DNA from: an uncultured Christensenellaceae bacterium
GTDB lineage: Bacteria > Bacillota > Clostridia > Christensenellales > Pumilibacteraceae
DNA: 64,000 nt
Assembly: GCA_910587445.1 (NCBI GenBank)
Contig: CAJULE010000001.1
Span: 99,748 to 163,747, forward strand
Direction of reading: 5' to 3'
The position numbers and the translations under genes were made by a program. This document shows, piece after piece, positions 1-9,059 of this stretch. Positions within the stretch are counted from its first letter, which is position 1, and each line of letters opens with the position of its first letter. A model generated the notes under the pieces. The model worked only from the letters and a program-made list of their open reading frames with translations. It was not told where the DNA came from and searched no databases.

Positions 1-6
1 AAGATT

Positions 7-1656
7 ATGGCAAGCCTTATACTTTTGCTCGGCTCTCTCTCTTACATAATGATTTTAGCCGTTATAAACGGCAGTATCGGTTTTATATGCGCTATGGGCG
101 TTACCGTGTTCGGTGCGGTGGGCGTGGCAAAAGCGCTCGGTGAAACGATTGCGATGTCTTACGGCTTAATAATCGGTCTTGCCGTAGGTTGCGGCGTTCT
201 GCGCGGTATCTTGCGCTATTTCGAGCAGTACAGCAATCACTTTATAGCGTTCAAACTATTGGCGGTTTTGCGCGATAAGATATTCGGTGCGCTTCGCACA
301 TTGTGTCCGGCAAAACTCGAAAGCAAACAAAAGGGCAGTATCATTGCTATGATAACAAGCGACATAGAAACGCTCGAAGTGTTCTATGCGCACACCATTT
401 CACCTATATGTATCGCGGTTTTGGTATCTACGGCGGTGTTCCTGTTTGTCGGTTTTGTATCGTCTTGGTATCTTGCGCTTGCGGCGGTTGTCGGATATAT
501 AATGATCGGTATCGTCGTACCTATGATTTCTTCGTCAAGGCTTAAAGAGAGCGGCGTTAAATACCGTGCCGAATTTGCGTCTTTCAATGCGTACTTTCTT
601 GACAGTATAAAGGGCATTAAAGACATCGTATTGAACAACGCGGGAGCGGAGCGCGAAAAGGAAGTAAACCGCCGCAGTGAACTCTTGCTCAAAGAAACAA
701 AGAAAATGAAACACAACTCTACCCGTGCGGCGGCGGCAACCGAACTTACGGTATCGCTGTTCATAATAGCGACGCTTATCGTCGGCATCGTGCTTGTGCA
801 TTTCGATATGCTCTCTATCGGTAAAATGATAATCGGCGTTGTGGCGGTGTTCGGCTCGTTCGGTCCCGTTATTGCAATATCGGCATTGCCGAGCAATCTT
901 ACGCAGACGTTCGCAAGCGGCGACAGAGTGCTGAATTTGCTTGCGGAAAAACCTGCCGTAACGGAAGTAACAAGCAGCGAGAATATCGAATACGAAAATT
1001 TGAACGTGTCCGACTTATCGTTTAGTTACGACGGGCAGACGGAAGTTTTGCAAGATATTAGAATGCACGCCGAAAAGGGCGAGATAATCGGAATCGTCGG
1101 CGAGAGCGGTTGCGGTAAATCTACATTCTTAAAACTGTTGCTTCGTTTTTGGCAGAAGAACGGCGGTGAGATTGCTTACAACGGAATCGACATTGATAAA
1201 GTGAACTCGGAAAATCTTTTAGACAACGTAACAATGGTAAGTCAAACGACGTACCTTTTCGACGAAACGATAGAAGATAACTTGCGAATCGCAAAACCGA
1301 ATGCAAGCAGGGAAGAACTCGAAGCGGCGTGCCGTCTTGCTTCCGTTCACGACTTTATTATGACGTTGCCTGACGGCTACAAAACGCAAGTGGGTGCGCT
1401 CGGCGACAATCTATCTGCCGGCGAAAAACAGCGCATAGGACTTGCGAGAGCGTTTTTGAAAGGTAGCGAACTGATCCTTTTGGACGAGCCGACGAGCAAC
1501 GTGGACAGTATCAACGAGGGCATTATCTTAAAAGCCTTAAAAGAGCAAAAGAGCAAAAAGAGCATTATACTCGTTTCACACCGTGAGTCTACAATGGCGA
1601 TTGCCGACCGTATCTACCGTGTGGCTGACGGAAAAATGCAAGAGGTAACGATATGA
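7..1656 (+). CDS. ABC exporter, fused permease + ATP-binding subunit (CydC/CydD-like); may begin at or just upstream of window start
   Basis: N-terminal half has about 6 TM helices. Walker A GESGCGKST, ABC signature LSAGEKQRIGLARA, Walker B ILLDEPTSNVD, H-loop SHR. Stop overlaps next start (ATGA). Confidence 0.8.
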   Translation: MASLILLLGSLSYIMILAVINGSIGFICAMGVTVFGAVGVAKALGETIAMSYGLIIGLAVGCGVLRGILRYFEQYSNHFIAFKLLAVLRDKIFGALRTLCPAKLESKQKGSIIAMITSDIETLEVFYAHTISPICIAVLVSTAVFLFVGFVSSWYLALAAVVGYIMIGIVVPMISSSRLKESGVKYRAEFASFNAYFLDSIKGIKDIVLNNAGAEREKEVNRRSELLLKETKKMKHNSTRAAAATELTVSLFIIATLIVGIVLVHFDMLSIGKMIIGVVAVFGSFGPVIAISALPSNLTQTFASGDRVLNLLAEKPAVTEVTSSENIEYENLNVSDLSFSYDGQTEVLQDIRMHAEKGEIIGIVGESGCGKSTFLKLLLRFWQKNGGEIAYNGIDIDKVNSENLLDNVTMVSQTTYLFDETIEDNLRIAKPNASREELEAACRLASVHDFIMTLPDGYKTQVGALGDNLSAGEKQRIGLARAFLKGSELILLDEPTSNVDSINEGIILKALKEQKSKKSIILVSHRESTMAIADRIYRVADGKMQEVTI

Positions 1657-2345
1657 CGCCGAGAGAAAAAGCAATACTCGAACTTGTAAGACTGTCAGAC
1701 GAAGAAGAAAAGCAAGCCGAGCAACAGGCAAAAGCCGAAGCGGAAGCAGTACAGTCGAATGATGCGGCGGTCAAGAAAGAAAAGGTTTTCAAGAAGTACA
1801 TGATAAAGGACATAGTGTTCCTTGCTATCATTACGGCTTGTACTTTGGTTACGGGCGCGATTATGCCATTGTTGGTAAACGTGCCGCTGTTCGGTATCAT
1901 ACAGTTGGGACTTGGGATTCAGTTTTCGCTGTTTCCCGTTATAGGAATGATGAAAGTAAAAAAGCCGTTCGCGCTTTTATTGCAATCGATGTTTATTTCG
2001 ATATTCCTTGTGTTTATGTTTCCGCCTATGGTGCTATTGATTGCGTGCGCCCTTGTAGCGGAACTGTTGACTCTGCTCATATTCAGAGGGTATAAAAACG
2101 ATTGGGCGTGCGTGTTTGCAGGAACGCTGTATATGCCGCTCACTCTGCCGCTACTCTATATGTATTACAACGTGTTCTATACGGTAAGCGGAGAAGAAAA
2201 GGCGGCGGTGTCTATGTTTATCGGCGGCGGTAACGTAGGATTGACTGTCGGAATATCGTTCGCCGTAGTTGCCGTTTGTTTTGTCGGCTCGGTCATCGGT
2301 ATGGTTATTGCGCGCGAACTCAAAAAGGCGGGTAAATTGAAGTAA
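1653..2345 (+). CDS. polytopic membrane protein, putative ECF-transporter substrate-specific (S) component (Trep_Strep-like) with charged about 50-aa N-terminal extension
   Basis: About 6 hydrophobic helices. Immediately followed (stop/start overlap) by EcfT and a fused double ECF ATPase. Family assignment from gene context and size only. Confidence 0.5.
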   Translation: MTPREKAILELVRLSDEEEKQAEQQAKAEAEAVQSNDAAVKKEKVFKKYMIKDIVFLAIITACTLVTGAIMPLLVNVPLFGIIQLGLGIQFSLFPVIGMMKVKKPFALLLQSMFISIFLVFMFPPMVLLIACALVAELLTLLIFRGYKNDWACVFAGTLYMPLTLPLLYMYYNVFYTVSGEEKAAVSMFIGGGNVGLTVGISFAVVAVCFVGSVIGMVIARELKKAGKLK

Positions 2346-3022
2346 TGGCGTTTTTCAGATACAAAAGAAATCTATATCCGCTTATAGCGATAGCGTCGGC
2401 GTTACTCATTATGGTGTTCGGTCTTGTTATGGCGCGGACGGAAAAGTGTTCGTATTTTTTGCTCGGCGCACTTGTGTGGGTGATACTTTTCGGTTGCTAT
2501 AAACAGGCGCTAAAAGCGTTGCCGCTTTTTATCGTGTTCGGCGGCGTGTTCTCGCTTATAGCGTACTTTTCAAGCGGCAAAAATTTCGACAGCGCACTTG
2601 CTATGGCTAATCGTTTAGGCGCGGTGTTTTTGGCGATAATTCCGAGTATGAGCATACAAGCAGTCGCTATGACGAGAAATTTATCGCAGTTACATACGCC
2701 GCGAGGAATAACGCTCGGTATGCTTATAACGATGTCGTTCATTCCCGTACTTCGAGCGGAAATAAAACGCGTGCGCGAAGCGATGAAAACACGCGGTGCA
2801 GGGAGTATTCTCAATCCGAAAATCTTTTACCGTGCGTTCTTGATTCCGCTTGTAACACGGCTTGTCGATATATCCGATACGCTTAGCGTCTCTATCGAAA
2901 CGCGCGGTTTTACGCTCGGAAAATCAAAGTACACGGTCTATAAAAAGGAAGCAATAAATTATATGGATGTAGTGTATTTGCTCGGTCTGATTGCAGGCGT
3001 GGTTTTGTGCGTCGTCTTATAA
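2345..3022 (+). CDS. ecfT: energy-coupling factor transporter transmembrane (T) component, CbiQ/EcfT family
   Basis: Multi-TM protein between the S-component candidate and the duplicated ATPase. Conserved EcfT-like C-terminal coupling region (RAEIKRVREAMKTRG). Confidence 0.65.
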   Translation: MAFFRYKRNLYPLIAIASALLIMVFGLVMARTEKCSYFLLGALVWVILFGCYKQALKALPLFIVFGGVFSLIAYFSSGKNFDSALAMANRLGAVFLAIIPSMSIQAVAMTRNLSQLHTPRGITLGMLITMSFIPVLRAEIKRVREAMKTRGAGSILNPKIFYRAFLIPLVTRLVDISDTLSVSIETRGFTLGKSKYTVYKKEAINYMDVVYLLGLIAGVVLCVVL

Positions 3023-3146
3023 GCGTCGCAATACAGCGTTGCGGTGCGCTTTTCTCGGGTCATTTACGTTTAAGTAAACTCCCCATCGAAAATGCTCCCG
3101 CGCCTTGTCTTGCTTGCTTCTAAAACGACTTATTTGAGAGGTAATT

Positions 3147-4571
3147 ATGAAAGCAATCGAATTAAAGAATGTAAGTTTTTCATATAGCGGTTTTGCCGAT
3201 AAGGTTTTATCGGACGTGGACTTTTATGCCCTCTACGGCGAAGTTGCGCTGTTGTCCGGACTGTCGGGCGAGGGTAAAAGCACGTTGCTTTCGATTGTGT
3301 CGGGCATTATACCGAATATCGTAAAGGGCGACATTACGGGCGAAGTGCTTGTTGACGGTAAATCTATTATAGGACAAAAGTTGGCGGCAGTCTGCCGTAA
3401 GGTGGGCGTGGTTTTGCAGAACGCCGACAGTCAGATAATACATAAAACGGTAGACGACGAGATCGCGTTCGGGTGCGAGAATTTTGCGATTGAATCGAAT
3501 AAAATCGGGGAGCAAATAGAAAGAGTATGCACGATAGTCGAACTCGATAAATCGGCAGGAACGCGAACGCTGTCGGGCGGTCAAAAACAACGGCTTATAA
3601 CCGCGTCAACGCTTGCGACAAGGCAACGCATTTTGATACTCGACGAGCCGCTTGCAAATCTCGACGTTGAGAGTGCGAATCTTTTAATGGATACATTGCG
3701 TAGGCTTGCAAAGGCAGGGTACGCCGTTTTAATAGTGGAACACAGGCTCGATATGGTGTTGCCGTTCGTTGACAGCGTTTGGAACATTCGCGCCGGCGTT
3801 GTTACGAAAATAGAGAATAAGCAGGAATATTTGCTGTCGCAGACGGTGGCTATCAAAGATAACAGCGACGACCACGCAAGAGGAGCAAAGATTTTCGACG
3901 TTGAGAACGTAGCGTTTTCGATAAAGAAAAAAGAGATATTAAATGACGTAAGTTTTGAAGTTTACGAGGGCGAACGGCTGTTGCTTCTCGGCGAAAACGG
4001 CTCAGGTAAAACTACGCTTATGCGGTTACTCGCAAGGCTGTATAAGCCGACTTTAGGCAAGATAGAGCAAATGCTCAACCCGAAGTTCGGCAAACGCTAT
4101 CGCGGAAAGAAATGGTTCAAAGCAGTCGGCGTGGTGTATCAAAATCCCAACTATCAGTTGTTTATGCCGACCGTAGAACAGGAGATTGCATTCGGCGCGG
4201 TAAACAAAGAATACGCCGAAGAAATGATAAAACTCTTTGGCTTGGAGCACTTGCGGAAACGGCATCCGCAGTCGCTCAGCGAAGGACAAAAGCGCAGAGT
4301 GTCCATAGCGGCGGTGGCGGCAACTAACCCGAAAGTGCTACTTCTCGACGAGCCGACGGTAGGGCAGGACTACAAAGGACTTTGCGAACTTGTAAAGATT
4401 CTCGATATGCTGCACGACAAGAGCGGTAATACAATGATTACGATTACTCACGATATGCGTTGTGCCGAAGCCTTGTGCGATAGGGCAATACTTATTGCGG
4501 ACGGAACGGTAAAAGAGCAGGGCGGCAAGGAACTCGCACACAGATATTTTTTCGATAGGAATTTTCAGTAA
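3147..4571 (+). CDS. ECF transporter ATPase, two fused ABC ATP-binding domains (EcfA1-EcfA2-like)
   Basis: Two complete ABC cassettes. First: SGEGKST Walker A, LSGGQKQR signature, LILDEP Walker B. Second: GENGSGKTT Walker A, LSEGQKRR signature, LLLDEP Walker B. Confidence 0.85.
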   Translation: MKAIELKNVSFSYSGFADKVLSDVDFYALYGEVALLSGLSGEGKSTLLSIVSGIIPNIVKGDITGEVLVDGKSIIGQKLAAVCRKVGVVLQNADSQIIHKTVDDEIAFGCENFAIESNKIGEQIERVCTIVELDKSAGTRTLSGGQKQRLITASTLATRQRILILDEPLANLDVESANLLMDTLRRLAKAGYAVLIVEHRLDMVLPFVDSVWNIRAGVVTKIENKQEYLLSQTVAIKDNSDDHARGAKIFDVENVAFSIKKKEILNDVSFEVYEGERLLLLGENGSGKTTLMRLLARLYKPTLGKIEQMLNPKFGKRYRGKKWFKAVGVVYQNPNYQLFMPTVEQEIAFGAVNKEYAEEMIKLFGLEHLRKRHPQSLSEGQKRRVSIAAVAATNPKVLLLDEPTVGQDYKGLCELVKILDMLHDKSGNTMITITHDMRCAEALCDRAILIADGTVKEQGGKELAHRYFFDRNFQ

Positions 4572-4613
4572 GCGGTAGCTTTTGTCGGTTTGGCTAATCT
4601 TGAGGATAGGGGC

Positions 4614-4652
4614 AAAAGAAAACGCGGCTCTCTCGGAGCCGCGTTTGTCTTT
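4614..4652. terminator. bidirectional rho-independent terminator between convergent ecfA and rubredoxin genes
   Basis: Perfect 11-bp stem aaacgcggctc / gagccgcgttt (4620-4630 / 4636-4646) with T-rich tracts on both strands. Confidence 0.55.
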
Positions 4653-4662
4653 CGCAGTAATG

Positions 4663-4830
4663 TCAGAGCACGCCGCCTGCGGGGGCGAATTGGTCTTTGC
4701 CTACGCCGCACCAGGGGCAGGCAAAATCTTCGGGGACGTTTTCCCACGGCGTTCCGGGCGCGATCCCGCAGTCGGGACAGCCCGCGCTTTCGTCGTATTT
4801 CCAGCCGCATACTTCACATACATATATCAT
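4663..4830 (-). CDS. rubredoxin (55 aa). Not in the supplied ORF track, presumably because it is below the track's minimum ORF length.
   Basis: Reverse-strand translation MIYVCEVCGWKYDESAGCPDCGIAPGTPWENVPEDFACPWCGVGKDQFAPAGGVL. Has the two CxxCG / CPxCG iron-binding knuckles and the GVGKDQF motif. GGAGG 7 nt upstream of the ATG, and TATAAT / TATACT -10-like boxes further upstream. Confidence 0.85.
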   Translation of the reverse strand: MIYVCEVCGWKYDESAGCPDCGIAPGTPWENVPEDFACPWCGVGKDQFAPAGGVL

Positions 4831-5226
4831 GGTAAGCCTCCTTGTGCCGATCGGTCGGCAGTTCTTTATTAGTATAGCGTGTACTGCGGATATTATACTT
4901 ATTCACCGAACGAAAAGTAGGGACGGAAAGGCTTGCTTTCGTCGTGGTTTAATGCTAAAATAAAAGCGGCGGCTCTTTCGCATTGAGCGGCGACGCGGGC
5001 GAAGCGGAAAAATAACACGAAATTTTCACTTTCGCATCATTGATTTTTCGCCGTTCGATGTTAGAATACGGGTGTAAATCGAATTTACGATTCCTTTTTC
5101 GGCGAGAACATTTTGCTTGCGAGATAGAATGGTTCCGCAACGGATGATTTATAAAATTCGGTTTGTACGGTAAAAATATATAAACGGTCGTCCGTCATGA
5201 ATGATGACGGAGCAAAGGAGATTGCG

Positions 5227-6699
5227 ATGAAAAAGAAATTCCGAAATGCGTTTGCGGTGTGCCTTGTCGCGCTTACGGTTGCGCTTGTCGCCGTTTTGGG
5301 CGTCGGTTGCGGCGGAACGCAAAAGTATATCGTCTCGATAGAGGCGGGGCAGGAGTCGGGCACATACATAGTCACATATTCCGACGGAGAAACGCAGACT
5401 ATGGTTCTGCCGGGTAAGGACGGCAGGGACGGGAAGGACGGAAAAGACGTCACGATAACCGATATATACGAAACCTACGTCAAGGAGACGGGCGAGGATA
5501 TTTCATATTCGGAATTTATCGACAAGTATCTGTCGCTCAGTGTCCAAAGCGACAATTCCGCGACAATCGCGCAGTGTCTGCGTTCGGTAGGCAAGGTATA
5601 CGCCGAGTTTGTCGAACAGGTGTCCGGATCGTTTTTCGGCCGTCCCGTATATGACATAGCGATTTATACGGGCGCGGCGGTCGTGTGGTCTATGGACGAA
5701 GCTCAAGACGGATATACATACTTCGTGACAAACGCTCACGTAATATACGATTCCAAAGCCGTTTCGAGCGAGAACGACGGAAAAATAGCGCGCAAAGTCG
5801 TACTTTATATGTACGGCAGCGAAAGCTCACCCTACACGGTGGACGGAGACGGCGACGGCAGAGCGGACGCTGACGAGAACGGATACACCCTCTACGATTA
5901 CGGCGATTACGGTATCGAATGTGAAATAGTCGGCTATACTTTCGAAAAGGATCTTGCCGTAATAAAAGCAAAGACTGACGACGTGAAAAAGGTCAACCCG
6001 AACGTCTGCGCCGTGGAGCTTGCCGACGAATATCATGTGGGTGAGACGGCGATCGCCATAGGCAATCCCGACGACGGCGGCATAAGCGTAACCGAAGGAA
6101 TAGTCAGCGTCGACAACGACGACATAGAGCTCACGATAGACGCAAAGCGCACCTATCGTTCCATTCGTATGGATACCGCGCTTTACGGCGGAAATTCGGG
6201 CGGCGGTCTGTTCAATTCGTCGGGCAAGCTTATCGGCATAGCGAACGCGGGCAGCACTCAGGAAGAGAACATAAATTACGCGATACCTCTCGAGATAGTG
6301 CGCGGTACGGTGGAAAACATTCTCTATTGGGACGCGGACGGCAGTTCGGCGACGAGCGGAGCTTATAAGGTTACTCTCGGCGTGACGGTGCTTTCGAGCG
6401 GCTCGAAATATATCTATGATTCTTCGCTCGGCTACGGCAAGATAGTCGAAGACGTAGTCGTCCGCTCCGTCGTCGAAAACTCCATTGCTTCCCGCTTGGG
6501 CTTATCGAACGACGACGTGATAACCGCCGTAGTCGTCAACGAAAAGAAAACGGAAGTAAAGCGCAGTTTCGATATATCGGACATAATTCTCACCATGCGC
6601 CCCGGCGACGAAATAGCCGTCGGGTACACGCGCGGCGGCGAGACTTATACGAGCGAAAGCTATACGCTTGCTTCTTCCGACTTCGAAAAGCTTGCCTGA
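5227..6699 (+). CDS. secreted lipoprotein, trypsin-like (S1C / HtrA-DegP-like) serine peptidase with C-terminal PDZ-like region
   Basis: Signal peptide + lipobox (LAVLGVGC). Catalytic triad His (TNAHVIYD), Asp (DLAVIKA) and Ser (GNSGGGLFNSSGKLIGIANAG). Short collagen-like GKDGRDGKDGKD repeat. Start taken at ATG 5227 (AAGGAG 7 nt upstream) rather than the ORF-track start at 5197. Confidence 0.75.
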   Translation: MKKKFRNAFAVCLVALTVALVAVLGVGCGGTQKYIVSIEAGQESGTYIVTYSDGETQTMVLPGKDGRDGKDGKDVTITDIYETYVKETGEDISYSEFIDKYLSLSVQSDNSATIAQCLRSVGKVYAEFVEQVSGSFFGRPVYDIAIYTGAAVVWSMDEAQDGYTYFVTNAHVIYDSKAVSSENDGKIARKVVLYMYGSESSPYTVDGDGDGRADADENGYTLYDYGDYGIECEIVGYTFEKDLAVIKAKTDDVKKVNPNVCAVELADEYHVGETAIAIGNPDDGGISVTEGIVSVDNDDIELTIDAKRTYRSIRMDTALYGGNSGGGLFNSSGKLIGIANAGSTQEENINYAIPLEIVRGTVENILYWDADGSSATSGAYKVTLGVTVLSSGSKYIYDSSLGYGKIVEDVVVRSVVENSIASRLGLSNDDVITAVVVNEKKTEVKRSFDISDIILTMRPGDEIAVGYTRGGETYTSESYTLASSDFEKLA

Positions 6700-6726
6700 A
6701 ACCTGCCGATAAAATATAGGATAAAT

Positions 6727-6758
6727 CTCCCTCCTCGTCGAACGCGGAGGGTTTTTTA
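6727..6758 (+). terminator. rho-independent terminator after protease gene
   Basis: ccctcc...ggaggg stem followed by TTTTTT. Confidence 0.5.
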
Positions 6759-6892
6759 TTGTAATTTATATCCTCGGAACCGACAATGCGGGCAAAAAAA
6801 ATCACAAAGCGGGGCATATCCGTTTGCAAAAAAGCAAGTTTATGTTAAAATAGAATAAAGTGCTTCGGCTGTGTCGGGGAGGAAGAAACATC

Positions 6893-7603
6893 ATGCTGAA
6901 AATAGCGATGGTAGAAGATGAGAAGGAAGCTCGCGAGTCGCTCGGAAAGCTCATAAGGAGCTATTTCGACACACGCGGCGCGGGCGATTATACTGTAAAC
7001 GAATTTCAGAATGCCGTACTTTTTCTGTCGAAGCAAAAAGCCGATCACGATATTGTATTCATGGATATAGAAATGCCGGATTTCGACGGACTTACCGCGG
7101 CAAAGAAACTGCGCGAGACCGATCCGCTTGTGCTTCTTGTCTTTGTCACGAATATGCGCAGATATGCGACAAAAGGCTACAGCGTGGACGCGCTCGATTT
7201 CATAGTCAAACCGCCGACCGAGAACGCGCTGTTTTCGGTGCTCGACAAAGCCCGCAGAGTGCTTGCTTCCCGCACTGGGCGCGACATAATAATAAAGACG
7301 GCTCACGGCATGAGAAGAGTGCCCGTGTCCGAAATACGCTATATAGAGGTCAACCGCCATCGCCTTACGATACATCTCGAAACCGACGCCTTCGAGGCGT
7401 GGGGAAGTCTGAAGGAGTTGGAAGCGCAGCTGCCCGCCGATAAATTTTCGCGGTGCAACATAGGGTATTTGATCAGTCTCGAACACCTTTCGGGGATAGA
7501 CGGAGACGAAGTGGTCATGGGCGAAGATCGGCTCAAAATAAGTCGGCCGAAAAGAAAAGAATTTCTTGCCGACGTTGCCGCATATTTCGGGAGCGTGAGA
7601 TAA
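6893..7603 (+). CDS. LytTR-family response regulator (REC + LytTR DNA-binding domain)
   Basis: N-terminal receiver domain (acidic pocket DEKEA, FMDIEMPDFDG phosphoacceptor region). C-terminal LytTR domain (IRYIEVNRHRLTIHLETD). Start at ATG 6893 preceded by GGGGAGGAAG. ORF-track start 6860 is an upstream GTG. Confidence 0.85.
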   Translation: MLKIAMVEDEKEARESLGKLIRSYFDTRGAGDYTVNEFQNAVLFLSKQKADHDIVFMDIEMPDFDGLTAAKKLRETDPLVLLVFVTNMRRYATKGYSVDALDFIVKPPTENALFSVLDKARRVLASRTGRDIIIKTAHGMRRVPVSEIRYIEVNRHRLTIHLETDAFEAWGSLKELEAQLPADKFSRCNIGYLISLEHLSGIDGDEVVMGEDRLKISRPKRKEFLADVAAYFGSVR

Positions 7604-8955
7604 TGTTCGATTTTTCCGCACCGCTTTTTTGGTATAAGCTCATATTCATGGCAGAACTCCTAATAAGCGAAGCGCTTGCGACCTATACGCTCAAAAAGAA
7701 ATCTCGCTTTGCTTTGCGCGCGCCGCTAAGCGTGCTCGGCTGTCTTGCGACGGCTTTTTTATATCCGCTGCTTTCTTTTTCCTACAACGCCGCCTATACG
7801 TCGGTGATGTTTTTCGTGCTTTTCGGAGTCACTCTCGTCGGAATGAAGATGTGTTACGATGAAACGTGGGTCAACCTGATTTTTTGCGGAATCATCGCGT
7901 ATACCACACAGCATATAGCCTATGAAATAAACTCGCTTGTAACGACGGTGTTCGACCTCGGAGATATAGGCTCGTACTATGGCGGCGCACCCACCGGCGA
8001 GAGTAACCCGCTTATGTATATTACTTATTTCTGCGCATACTTTTTCACCTATTGGTTCGTGTGGGCTTTCATAGAATACAGAATAAGAAGGCGGCAGAGC
8101 TTGAAGATAGAAAACCTGTCTTTGTTCTTTTTCTGCGCGGTCATAGTGGTGATAGACATAGTTCTGTCTACGGTGGTGACCTATCTTCCGTATTCGCCCG
8201 AAGTCAAGTCTTACACGGCGGTGATAGGAATATACAATATACTTTCGTGCGGTCTTGCCGTGGGAATGCTGTTTTCCATGCTCGGCAAGCACCTTGTCGA
8301 GCAAGAACTCGAGACGGTCGAAGAGCTTTGGAAGCGCGACAAAAAGCAGTACGAGATGAGCAGTAAGAACGTCGAACTCATAAACATAAAGTGCCATGAC
8401 CTCAAAAAACAGATACGCGCTCTTTCCGAGGGCAACAGGGTGATTGACGGCGCGGCGCTCAGGGAGATAGAAGAGGCGGTCAACATCTACGACGGGGCGG
8501 TCAAGACGGGCAACGACGTAATAGACGTAGCGCTCGCGGAAAAGAGCCTTATTTGCGAGAGGGAAGGCATAGACTTCACCGTCATTGCCGAGGGCGAAGC
8601 GCTGTTTTTTGTAAGCTCGAACGATTTGTATTCGCTTGTCGAAAACGCTTTGTCGAATGCGGTGGAGAGCTGTCTTAAAACGGACGACAAAAAGGAACGG
8701 TTTATAAAACTGTATATACGTTCGGTGCGCGGCATGGCGAGTATTCACGTCGAAAATTTTTGCGGAAAAGAGCCGAAATTCGTAAACGGCTTGCCCGAGA
8801 CGAGTAAGGACGATAAAGACAGCCACGGCTACGGAATGAGGAGTATGCAGCTTATATCCGAGAAGTACGGCGGCGGACTCAAGGCGTCGTACTCGGACGG
8901 AGTTTTTACGCTCGACGTCATACTTCCCATGCAAACGGGGCAAAAATCGAACTAA
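7603..8955 (+). CDS. membrane sensor histidine kinase, GHKL ATPase of the AgrC/ComD-like (HATPase_c_5) type
   Basis: Start ATG overlaps RR stop (TAATG). Six to seven N-terminal TM helices. C-terminal ATP-binding region (ENFCGKE...SHGYGMRSMQLISEKYGG) typical of LytTR-partner kinases. ORF-track start 7453 runs through the RR gene and is rejected. Confidence 0.75.
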   Translation: MFDFSAPLFWYKLIFMAELLISEALATYTLKKKSRFALRAPLSVLGCLATAFLYPLLSFSYNAAYTSVMFFVLFGVTLVGMKMCYDETWVNLIFCGIIAYTTQHIAYEINSLVTTVFDLGDIGSYYGGAPTGESNPLMYITYFCAYFFTYWFVWAFIEYRIRRRQSLKIENLSLFFFCAVIVVIDIVLSTVVTYLPYSPEVKSYTAVIGIYNILSCGLAVGMLFSMLGKHLVEQELETVEELWKRDKKQYEMSSKNVELINIKCHDLKKQIRALSEGNRVIDGAALREIEEAVNIYDGAVKTGNDVIDVALAEKSLICEREGIDFTVIAEGEALFFVSSNDLYSLVENALSNAVESCLKTDDKKERFIKLYIRSVRGMASIHVENFCGKEPKFVNGLPETSKDDKDSHGYGMRSMQLISEKYGGGLKASYSDGVFTLDVILPMQTGQKSN

Positions 8956-9059
8956 AGCGGGAAAAGAGTATTGAAATCGACGAAACCTTATTTTATAATG
9001 CAAGCGTCTTCGGCAAATGCCAAAATGCTTGGGGATAATAAAAAATAAGGAGAAAAGAG

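Noticed and set aside
6792-6854. 20-codon ORF (MRAKKITKRGISVCKKASLC) upstream of the LytTR regulator as a possible signalling peptide
   Set aside because: No RBS, and no signal sequence or leader-peptide features. Overlaps the predicted promoter.
7453-7602. 5' extension of the histidine kinase ORF into the RR gene
   Set aside because: Arg-rich out-of-frame overlap. ATG 7603 coincides with the RR stop and is followed at once by the first TM helix.
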